Source of the DNA: Catajapyx aquilonaris
Lineage: Eukaryota
Length of the DNA stretch: 64,000 nucleotides
Assembly (NCBI GenBank): GCA_000934665.2
Contig: KZ538334.1
Coordinates: 1-64,000, forward strand
Direction of reading: 5' to 3'
The translations under genes were made by a program, and so were the position numbers. This document shows positions 25,888-36,568 of the stretch, piece by piece. The first letter of the stretch is position 1. Each line of letters starts with the position of its first letter. The notes beneath the pieces were generated by a model, which saw nothing but the letters and a program-made list of their open reading frames with translations, did no database searches and was not told where the DNA came from.

Positions 25888-26419
25888 CACACCATCCACT
25901 CTGTAAGGCGGCTCCTGCCCCAGGCCTCAGACAAGCTCCGCAGGGCCCTGTCAAGATGTTTATGTTGCCATTAGAACAGCACATTCCTGGTGGTTCGTTG
26001 TTCCAATTTTTTTAGCCCCGCAGCATTTACTTGGATCATCGCACCAATAGCAATGGAATCGTCAGTGGCATAGTCGCTTTCTGGGTCATAGCCTGTTGAT
26101 TCCACTGTCGATATGCATTAGTTCTTACCTTGCCTTGTCTGGCTGCTTGAAGTTTGAGAGGCACCGAGAAGCAGACAAGGGACAGGCAAAGAGTTCTAAT
26201 ACCTAGAGGAAGTACTACCATTAGCCAGGCTGAGGCATCTAGGTCATATTGTTGTTCCGACAGTTGTCCAGCAACTGGGACGACAACCAATAATGACAAC
26301 ACTGGGACAGCAATTAGTCCAATAATGTCAGGGGTACGCAATCTTTACTTGGGTCATATTGTTGCCTTCTTGACATTTCGCGCCAAGTGCTCTCACTAGG
26401 TATTAGCGCGTGAACCAGC

Positions 26420-26670
26420 CGGTTGCGTTTCGGATTCTAGCGCTTGAAAAAACGAAATTCGCTATGGGAGCGTTTTCGCAAATATCGGCCAGACATGTCC
26501 AGCTTCATTCTAAGAGTCATTCAAAAAAATCTTAAAATGGTCCAAGTTTGAGAAAAATCAAAATCGAGATTCGAGCGCCAATTTTTGATTCTCGTGAGTT
26601 AGTATGACCACCTCATAGAGCGTTAAAATAGGTGTCCAACACATCAAGTTTAGAATTTGTACGCATCCTC
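26420..26670. mobile_element. Possible DNA-transposon terminus at the duplication breakpoint
   Basis: Ends ...GTACGCATCCTC (GAG/CTC terminus, Sola-like) within 2 nt of where the DEPDC1 3' repeat begins. No partner TIR found; pattern recognition only. Confidence 0.3.
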
Positions 26671-27048
26671 TTACACATGATACACATTCCTCTCATCTGC
26701 TGTCAATCTAGACACAAATGGAGGTCAAATGGCGTCAACACCTGGAGCCAATTAATTAAAACACCCACATTACATATAGACTGTATTGAAAGCTATGCTA
26801 ACATTATTGCAGCTGAACACACAAAGTGCTATAAAGTTTAATAAATGCATTGTAAAGATCGTACTAAAGGAACAAGAACTGAAAACACTTCGCCCAGTCC
26901 CATTGTATGGTCAAAAAAAATATCGCTAGAACACTATTGGGTAGATACGCTGAGACAATCTCCATGTATAAAATCTCAAAGAAATGCACTGCTTGATTTT
27001 GGTGCAGGATGAGTAGCAAAATGGCGTCGTTTCTATTGGCTTGACCCT

Positions 27049-29480
27049 CTAGAGTCGGAGGCTTTTCATTCTTGAAAGTGTCGGAAAGAGCCTTGTGCAT
27101 GACTTTTGCTTCTTAGGTGCGGTAATAACCCCGTTGGCTTGGTTCTCCTCTCCTATCAGATGGTCCGACAGTCCTAGCGCATCTGTGCCTGGGAAGCGCT
27201 CTCGGAATATGTGCGGATATGCCTCTCGGAACTGAAGAGTAAAAAGGGTCAATTAACCACTCTCACTTTTAACCATGGTGTTATCATGCAAACGTACCTT
27301 TTGTATCCGATAGGCCCTATCCTTAACCCTGGGATCCTTGAGGATCTGGTCCAGCAGCTCGGCCAGTGCAGCCCGTGACCCTGCTTCCTTCTGATGCTCA
27401 AACTCCTCTTGGGTCACTCTGGCGCAGAACACCGTGGAGTCCATTGAAGACCAGCTCCTCTGCAGCTGCACGGGAAAATAAGTGTAAGTGACACGCCCTT
27501 TCAAGAGTTACGTTGCTACAAGAAAACTGTCGCTATCAGAAACACACGCTATGAAGTACACCGATCCTAATGTGGGTATGTGCAAGATTCTACAGGGGTA
27601 AGTTCTACTTTACACCACTCAGGACTTACGACGCATTGGGTTCGGCTTCCTTGGTCAGAGTTGCAATCGCCTAGGCTTTAAAAAGTGGACGTCGTCCAAT
27701 TAGTTAGGTGCATAGTTAGTGCGGTTAGTAGTGCTGTCAGCTGCAACTAAAGGCCACGTTTTAAGGTCAAATCCATACCTTGGACCCTGAGGCTGCAACC
27801 TCCACCAGTCGCTGTCTGACTGCTGGACCCAGGTCTCCCGGTGGGTTGAAAACAGCGTCGTGCCCTTCAGCCAGGAATCGCAGCAGTGCTCTGCCAGCAA
27901 CCATTGTTGCGTCCTCATCTTCCCTGTCTGCATTTGGCCTCAGCACCGCCTTAGCCAGGAGTGGACCAGCTCCGGCTCTTCTCCCTGGGGGCGGATCTGC
28001 CTGCAAGCGCGACACCATGCGTGCTAGAAGATGCAACTGACGTCTCCTGTCTGGCGGAAGCAGCAGGAGGAGCAGCTTTACAGTCCGTTCGAACCTGCCT
28101 TTGTCCGATACTTGTGGCGTCGGAGGACTTTGGCTTACATAGGGTTCTGATACGTCCGATCCGTCCTCATCAGATGCATCGTATTGCGAAACTGAAGCGT
28201 CATATTGTGACACTGAATGTGCCGTGTGATAGGAGGATCCGACTGATGTGACCGAGTCTGGTGACGTCGAACGTTGATGTCTTGCTGCTTCAACAAGCTG
28301 CTCCAGTGTGGCCACCGCTTCGTGTACAGCCTCTTCGTCCATCTCCATGGCCGGATTGACATACCCGCCTGAACGACTCCTGAGGTGTCGGGCGGCATTT
28401 GGCGCTGACACTCGGGCCACCACATACCCAGGAGGAGGGTTTACGAGGCGTGTGACCGGTTCAGCTAATGCAAAGCATGTTTCTATAACCGGCGAGGCGG
28501 TTCGTGGCGGAGGCGGTGGATGTGGATAAGGCGGTGCCTCCAGAGCATGGCGAATGGCATGGATAAACAGAGGCTGCAGAGAGGATGGCACCAATGGGTT
28601 GGGTAGAGACGACAGGTGCTCTTCCACAACACGGAGGACATCGCCACGAAATCCTGGATACTCCCCAGACTCGGCTGAAAACATAACAAGTTCAGTACTC
28701 TTAAGACTGGTAATATGTTAATACATACCATGGGCAAGGCAAGTCATGGCAGACAGCAGCCAATGCGGTAGGCTGTCCGTGTCGCCCATTGCAACTCCTC
28801 CGCCACCAATGGTCCTGGTGGCATTGACCATAATCCAGTGTCCGCTGGCTGCAATCCCCTTAGCCTCAGCCACACCCGGACATTTCGATAGCCTTTCAAG
28901 CACCTCTTCCTTCCAGGCAGCGTGGATCAAGTGGGACGGCAGCCTCTGACATGCGGATTCTGGACTCAACTCCACCTGCTCTTCCGCCCCACCTGAGTTG
29001 ATGGGCAGCAACGGAGGCCTGGATGGCGACAGCAACATTCCAGGCCGCTTCTCCGTAAACCGGTAGAGCTCCCCGTTGTCCCCCAGCTTAGTCCCATGCC
29101 TTCCTTTGCTCCGGTGTACAGGCCGCAGCAATCCCGACTTCTGAAACTTGATGAGCAGCTGCATGGCCTGTTGTCTGGTAACTCCCGGTCCAAAATCAGG
29201 CAACGACTGCAGGTGGGTCTGAAGCCACGTGACGGCTTCAGATGCGGTGAAGCATTCCTCGTGCGTCTTCATCCGCCACCAGTGACGCTTCAGAGGCATA
29301 CCAGTTCTGAAGCTACTCATAATCTCATTCCACTGTAAGTTGGTGGGGAAGGAGAGGGGGGAAAAAAAATGGTAAAGAGTTCAGCTCAAATTTTTTGTTC
29401 GATCGTGAGACAATAATGCGTACCAGTTGTGTGGCCTTGTACGGCCCCGAGATGCTCTTCTGCCTCTGCATCCCTGCCAT
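27049..29480 (-). CDS. DEPDC1: DEP domain-containing protein 1 (DEP plus RhoGAP-like)
   Basis: Exons 29480-29424, 29332-28729, 28674-27779, about 27465-27298, 27231-27049 (possible small exons in 27560-27670): GPYKATQLWNEIMSSFRTGMPLKRH...CFTASEAVTWL...FGPGVTRQQAMQLL...LPHWLLSAMTCLA...FCARVTQEEFEHQK...LAELLDQI...FREAYPHIFRERFP...KSLRL. Confidence 0.9.
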
Positions 29481-29869
29481 TCGTATCCTCCTCCAGAATC
29501 CCCTAGGCTCATGAGAGGCCGGCCCAAGTTCAAAAGCACAGGACGCAACAACAACCAACCGATCTTGTAACGGCCACCATTTTTCAAACACGAACGGGAA
29601 AGCGACGTTGCCACATTTCCGACAACAGCATTGCCAGAGACCCGCGCTGTTGCCATATTACACACGCTCATTAATTATTGACGCCTGTAGTTATAATCAA
29701 GTTCGCTAAATTCACAATGCTTAAGGACATGTGCTGATTTATTAATAGTTTTAACATTTTCTGATGTTCTCAGCTGCATTCCTTGCGCAATCCAACATGG
29801 CGGCCATTCGATCCACACATTTTTGAACGCTCAAGATTCGAACCCCCCTTTTGTTTTTGCACCGAAAAG

Positions 29870-32266
29870 ATGAAGTTCAGAGCCAAGCTGTACGATTCCG
29901 AGGCGATCAAGCAGTTCACACGTACGTCTGGGGCCACGTCTGGTACTAATTGTAGGCGGGAAGCAACGAAAAATACTCATAAATTATAGTAGTGACGTCG
30001 TGTAGCCTAGTTGTTCTCACCAGCAACATGTTGAAAGTGAAGCAACAATCACTGAATCACAGCTAATAATAGAGCTAATCTAATAATAATACTGTAATGG
30101 TAAATGTAATGGTAGTTGAGTAGGGAGTATGTTGTAGCTACAACAATACATAATACTAGTAATACTGGTGATAATAATGGTAGCGATAATCGTTGTAGCT
30201 AATAATATTAGTGACAGGAGCTGTAGCTAATAATAATGGTTTTAGCTAATAGAAATAATAGTTATAGCTAACAACAATAGTTATAGCTAATAACAACAAT
30301 AATAGTTATATCTAATAATAATAAAACTTGTAGTTATAGCTAATAACAACAACACTAATAGTTATAGCTAATAACAACAACACTAATAGTTATAGCTAAT
30401 AACAACAACACTAATAGTTATAGCTGATAACAACAACACTAATAGTTATAGCTGATAATAACAATAGTTATAGCTGATAACAACAACACTAATAGTTATA
30501 GCTAATAATAACAATAATTATATTGTAGGTAATAATAGCAGTAATAATTTGTTGTAGGTAATAATAATATAGTTGTCTAGTTGCAGATTTAAAATGAAAT
30601 GTGCTGCCGTTAAATAAATGTGGTTTGTCTGTAATGATGTGTCCTCTTTATATGTTCAGACCTGATATCGGTGATATCACGACTGTCCAAGACGTGCTGC
30701 TTGCGGATCACGAAGGACGTGATGTACTTTATACTGAGTGAGCGGGGAAACCTTTTCTCCAGCCCAAGCTTGTGGTGCGAGTTGGAGCCTGAGCACTTCT
30801 TTCCCGAGTATGCTATGGCGGGAGTGGCGCCTGAGAATGACGAGATACATTTGTCGTTCAAGCCGGACATGCTGGTGAAGGTGCTTGGTACTCTCAGGCC
30901 AACTCTTGGAGCCAGGTCCATCAAGATTAGGCTCACCAGGAAGCAAGTGCCTTGCCTCACGTTTGAGATTGATGTGGCAAGTGCTCAGCCTTCTTACTGT
31001 AGCCGTGCATCGATCCTAATTATGCCTTTATTGCAGTCTCCCGTTGAAATGACTTCCCGCATCTGTACACATGACGTTCCAGTCACTATAGTTTCCAGGA
31101 AGTGCTGGGATGAGTACAAGAAGCCAATTGTGCCTCTTTTTGATGTGAGTCAGTCTGTTATTACTCGTTTTGTTATTTATTACTCCAAATGCCATTGCTA
31201 TATATAAGGGGACAGGAGGATATCAAAGTGTTTTAACAATCTTTCATTTCCAATATAGTTGAGTATTACCATGCCTGATCTGACCAAAGCAAGGCGTGTA
31301 GTGGAGAAGATGAGGAAAATTAGTCCACGCCTAACTATCTTTGCCAACCAGGACGGAAAGTTCGTCATGACTCTTGACGAGGATGATGTGAAGCTCAATG
31401 TCCACTTCAGGGACTTACGCACCTTTATTGCAGACCAAAGCCAAGGCAGTAAGCCCTGATCCTTGTGTGTTTCTCCAGTCGAGTCTTATGTCCACATACT
31501 CATATATGCTGTGACATGGAATTAATTAAAGTTATATGATATAAGTTTAATTAATTCCATGTCAAACAAGACTTTCACAGCGTGTCATTTTCCTATCATC
31601 AAAGGAAAATGACAGTCCATAAAATACTTGCTTTCTTTCTCAGCAAAGTAGAAAGAATCTTTCATGATGTTTTGAGCACCACTTATCATTTCTTCCTCAT
31701 TGTTACTTTAATTTACCCATTCAATATACGACTCAGCATGTATTGCATTACATCTTGTAATACCTCTGACTTGCACTGTTTCAGGTGGTGATGTAGTAAA
31801 GGCTACTGAAGTTACGATTGAGTCAAAGAAATTAGAGCAATTCTTTGCCAGTGATGCAATGAATCCTGCAAAGGTCGTATGCAGTAAGTATTCAAACTCA
31901 CAGACTCTTGCAGGGGTGTTGTGGAAAAAGGTGATAACCCACAAAAGTGTTTTTCAGGAGAGCGAATTTTAGTTTGCACTCTCTTAACTAATCATAGGGA
32001 ATGCGGGTTTTGATCTAGTCCGTGTTGCCGTCTCGTGCGTGATACGTGAACTTGGAGTATACCAAACTGTTTGTCATGTCTTTTTACGTAGTTGCTATGT
32101 GTTTAGGTCAAAAATGACTAAAATGAAGGTTGTTGCGTTTTTCCATCACACCCCTCAATTGACCCCACCTTTCTTTGCAGACATAGTTGAGAAGAGGCTA
32201 CTGCACCTGCTGCTCATTCATGATGGTATAAACTTGGAGTATTACCTACCAGCACTTGCTTCTTAA
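29870..32266 (+). CDS. HUS1: Checkpoint protein HUS1 (9-1-1 clamp)
   Basis: Exons 29870-29921, 30660-30976, 31037-31144, 31259-31448, 31785-31883, 32181-32266: MKFRAK...SRLSKTCCLRI...LWCELEPEHFFPEY...CTHDVPV...VVEKMRKIS...LEYYLPALAS; AATAAA overlaps the stop. Confidence 0.95.
30060..30580 (+). repeat. AAT-rich low-complexity tract with a 28-bp minisatellite in HUS1 intron 1
   Basis: Unit AATAACAACAACACTAATAGTTATAGCT repeated over about 30340-30510. Confidence 0.9.
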
Positions 32267-32334
32267 TAAAGTCTGTTTTCTCATTATTTTGCAAACAAGC
32301 ATTTCCTAATTAACAGTATTAATGTGACATCACA

Positions 32335-32655
32335 CTGCAACCTCAGGAGATGATCCATTCCACTCACACATACGTCAAAAGCTTCAAACTTGCACTTGAG
32401 AGTCCGCCTTCTTTGGAATTTGAGTTGGTTATCGATGCAGATGAGCAACCACAAGGTGAGCATCGTGGTCGACTCAATCAACGTTCTTGCAATGAGATTG
32501 CTGTGATCATGAGTGGTCAGGAGCATGGTAAGAGGGATATTGTGTTGAAGCTTCGCGACAACAGTCTCCAGAGAAGACCCATAAATCTTATGACGCCCTT
32601 CACTATCCACTGATCTGTGTGCATGGAGAGGATGGGTACCACGTGGTGGGCCTTG
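32335..32655 (+). mobile_element. Helitron RepHel fragment (frameshifted)
   Basis: QEMIHS..YVKSFKLALE...VIDADEQPQGEHRGRLN...NEIAVIMSGQEHGKRDIVLKLRDNSLQR / THKSYDALHYPLICVHGEDGYH, the recalled Helitron 'YDALQYPL...GEDG' region. Confidence 0.85.
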
Positions 32656-32750
32656 AGTTCTCATGTGACCCCATAGCTGCCTGCTGGCACAGTCACCCGG
32701 ACCAGGTTGGCTATTTTGGGGTTGGGGAATAAAGCCACAACACCTGCTTC

Positions 32751-32943
32751 CGGTCGCGGGTGTCGGGTCGCTGGTTCCGGCAGGTCGTCGCGACTGATAT
32801 CAGTGATATGTAAATGATTGATTAAACTTGATTCATAAATTCCTCCATAAAATCGATTTCGAATCGTGTGAGGTCATATTCTACTTGCTTGCGGCACCCG
32901 CGAGCTACAGTCGCCGCGACTGGGGACCTGCGACCCGCGACCG
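32751..32943. repeat. Imperfect GC-rich inverted repeat (MITE-like)
   Basis: CGGTCGCGGGT...GTCGTCGCGACTG mirrored by CAGTCGCCGCGAC...ACCCGCGACCG. Confidence 0.55.
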
Positions 32944-33572
32944 TTTGCACAACACTATAGGCCAAGTGGATTTAGAAAATACAAAAAATTTCACAATTTA
33001 GGATGGTAAGAAGCGTTACTTTGGTTGTTAATGTAAAGTGGAATAACGTTACAGGTCCTTCCTAGACTACAAAAATGTACAAACCAGTCCTATGAAATGC
33101 ACCAGTAGGTACCGATTTCACTGGCACAAGCAAATGTAATCACAATGTGAAATCAAGAACAGTTATTAGCTCTTGGTGAAATAAATTTCTATAGACTGCA
33201 TCTGATTCGTCCCAATAAGTGTAGCATTCAGAAAATAGTGCAAAAGACACATACATCTGTCCCGAACAAGAGTGAAATGTCTTCTTACCAATTTTTCAAA
33301 GTTTCTATGGAGACGTCATCACGCAACAATAGGAGTCAATAGCCCATTCAGCTTATTGCAGGATAGATGTGAAGACGTGGAATTTGAAGGAGTTGGAGCA
33401 ACATTTTGTTCCATGTTGAGTTGATCGTTGTCCCATCTTCTGAAATTCTATAGATAGCCAACACTTCAAACGTGCTTCAAAGTCTCACATTTTTGAAGTC
33501 GCCTAGGTGAGTCTGACTGTTCCGCATTTTAATGTCTTGAAAATTGTAATATTCTGTAACAATGAGTTTCAG

Positions 33573-34097
33573 ATGAGGCTCTCAGTGCTTGCTGTCGTTG
33601 CCATTGCCACCGTCGTGTCTACCAGCCCTCTTCGGATCACCACGCTACCACCAATCGAGTTCTTACTCTTCGAGAATGACGACAACGAATTCTATCAGTG
33701 GTTTCTGGATAACTACCGTCCATTGTCCCCATACATCTACGACAGAGACGTACTTCTTGATAAAATGGCCAAATTGGTAAATCGCATTCTATTTTCTTTC
33801 TCGATATCCATTTCACCTTTGCTGCGTTTTTATGAAGGGGAATTATGTACCCTAATAATTTTTCTTATTGATCCTCAGTTTATTGCCGACGCCATGAACA
33901 TGAATGAGAAGGCGATCTCTCAAGGCAAGAAATTCTTTGAGCATTATAAAGCGCGTTGGGATGACCCACGAATTAACGCTAATGTGCAGGAGTTCCATTG
34001 GCTGAAAGATGTTCTGAATGCTGTAGGGAAAAGGAAAGACCATGACACGCATACAACGACAACGAAGCCAATAACCACAGGAAGATGTTTTCTTTAA
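33573..34097 (+). CDS. Small secreted protein A, 140 aa, unknown family
   Basis: TTCAG|ATG; signal peptide MRLSVLAVVAIATVVST; phase-0 intron 33777-33878; AATAAA downstream; similar to the neighbouring gene B. Confidence 0.75.
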   Translation: MRLSVLAVVAIATVVSTSPLRITTLPPIEFLLFENDDNEFYQWFLDNYRPLSPYIYDRDVLLDKMAKLVNRILFSFSISISPLLRFYEGELCTLIIFLIDPQFIADAMNMNEKAISQGKKFFEHYKARWDDPRINANVQEFHWLKDVLNAVGKRKDHDTHTTTTKPITTGRCFL

Positions 34098-34775
34098 TGG
34101 TAAAATAAACTATCAGATTCCTCTCTTAAACAGTGTAACATCCAGAATAATAGTGGCAAAACAACAACGAAGGACATCATGATACATCAGTGTGTGCTGT
34201 GTATGGCATTCTCATTATGACAAACATGTCATGCAATGACATTAAAATGATACCCTCGGTGCTTTTTTGAAAGGCAAGGAAGCATATTTCAGCTCCCATT
34301 TTCAGGAAATGTCGCGAGTTAGCAACTTGCGTCAGATGTCACAAGAAAGAAAAGGCTGGAATAAAAATATCCTCTGCTTAACAAGCTCATCGTTTGAAGC
34401 AGCCAGAGGAAACTAGTCATCAGGCACGGTTCGAGTAACAAGATCTCCAAAACATGCACATGACAAATCACTTGAAAAGCTGTGGTTACCGACACAATTT
34501 CGAAGGCATTGTCGTGCACGTCCTTGACTCCCAACAGAATCCATTCGTTTCGGGCATCTCTTTTCATGCCTTGCCATAAAAGCTACCTTTTTGTAGTAGT
34601 TTCTACGATGCAAATTATAGGCTGACAAAAATCTACGCAGTGTCTGTATATAAAGGAGTCACCTGTTAGTTCATGTATAGTTGACTCCAACGACTGTTAA
34701 GGTGAGTAGTGCTGTCATTAGCTCTCAATGATTTTTCTTTGTGCCAATATAATTACTATATCCTGTTTAATTCAG

Positions 34776-35266
34776 ATGAAGCTCCTTATTGTCTTGACTG
34801 TGGCTGTCCTTTTGCCATCGGCCATCTTCAGCCAAAATGCAGGCCAACCGAGCATAGATGACGTGAAGAAGCTGATGAGCGACCTGAAAGAACTGACAGA
34901 CAATAAGATGAAGCCACTACGAGACTGGGTCATCTCACACTTCAATGAGCTGAAGCCTGCTCTCGGAAATGCTGAAGCTCTCATGAAGAAAATGGCTGAA
35001 GAAGTGAGTGTAGAAATTGTCTTTGTCAAGTAACAACTTGCAGCTTTTTTTCGCGCACGACAGCTACTGTCACAGTAGCTTCAATTGCACAAGATGTTGA
35101 ATACAGTTGTTGACTGTTCTGTGTTCAGTTCACAGCAGATATAGCTGAGGTGAACGAGGATCTGGCCAAGCAGGCAAAGCAGTTCTTCGAGAATCATAAG
35201 GCCCAGCTGGGTGATGCGTACCAAAAGGTCAGCGAGGCCCTCAAGAAGCAGTTCCCTAATATTTAA
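34776..35266 (+). CDS. Small secreted helical protein B, 121 aa, unknown family
   Basis: TATATAAAAG near 34648; UTR exon ending AAG|GTGAGT at 34701; coding exons 34776-35003 and 35129-35266; signal peptide MKLLIVLTVAVLLPSAIFS; AATAAA at 35335. Confidence 0.85.
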
Positions 35267-36568
35267 AGAAAAAGGACCTGTGATGACAGCTCCAACTATA
35301 TAGTAATATGACTGTCAATATTCTGAGCCTGCTGAATAAAATTTGGTCACTTCCGACTCGAAAATTTAACATGACTACTTATTGTGTCCATTCAAGGTTT
35401 CAAGGAAGCAGCACAAAGGTGCATGCGTTTATTACATGCAAATAAGGCGTATGGGGGTTATGCAATACTTTTGTGTACTCGAAGTTACATATGAAATAGG
35501 GTGGGGCACTCCCTGGAACCACAGTCCAATAAGAGGAGCCGGAAGGTAGAAGTTTAGAATTATTCGTTCCAGTAATCACTTTAAATAGCAATACGTTATC
35601 ACGAATATGCATTAGTTCAATGCACACGAATTAGACCTGCACAATGAATGGAACTCTCTAGCAGTATGACAGTATGACTAAGTGAACATCTGACAGGCTA
35701 ATTGTACCGAGTAAATGCTAAGGAGTGCACGACTTTCACAATGATGTAATGCAGTTAACTTTCCTGCCCATCAAAGAAGAGAGTACGATTAATCAAAATT
35801 TGGCACAACAATGAGCAGCTGAGGACAATGCTGACAGCTGACTGCAAAGCGACATAAGAGTAATTAAATGAAAGCTACTGAAAACGATGTCATATGAAGC
35901 TAAAAGCAAGTTGGAATAAAGATGAGATTATATTTTGTCTCAGGAGAGATTTGCGAAATATATAGATATGAAGTGTTTTCCAATAAAAATATTTAAAAAA
36001 CTTTAAGGTAAACATCATATGATGAGATTTGGCTAGTTTATCCGCAAACCTGATCTATACTCGTTGAGCCTTTGACATTCCGGCCTTGAAATATGTCATT
36101 GAGACTGTCAGTACATTGATAATAAATTCGCAAAATGTAGTTACAACCCGCATCAAATTAAAAATAATTTATGATAAAAAGTTATGGCTTATGGGCGACT
36201 GGAACTTACACTTAAATTTAATGAGGTTGAGGTAAAATATGCCCCGTTTAAAAACTACCCCTAATGATGCCCCCTGGGGAATATTATATGTGGAGGCATC
36301 GCTATTGATTTGCATCGGGAACGTACAGTACGTCTTGAAATAAGTACGTATTAGAAGAAAGATATTAAAACCTTTAATACATAAAATAAAAACATTTAAA
36401 ATACAAAAATACACCGCATTACGCCATTTTCATACACAAATTCCTCGTCACCTCGACACATACGTATCACCAAATTGCAATATTTACATATTGACTATTA
36501 CTTGACTGATGCTTGAAATACTGATTAATACCAAAAATATGTATGCAACATCAAATTGTATTTTTCTG

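Noticed and set aside
26036..26341. Hydrophobic 101-aa minus-strand ORF upstream of the GT31 copy
   Set aside because: Non-ATG start, no recognisable family, and separated from GT31 by stops.
30340..30510. CRISPR-like 28-bp repeats (also 29-bp repeats at about 16950)
   Set aside because: Head-to-tail with no unique spacers, in eukaryotic non-coding DNA; these are minisatellites.
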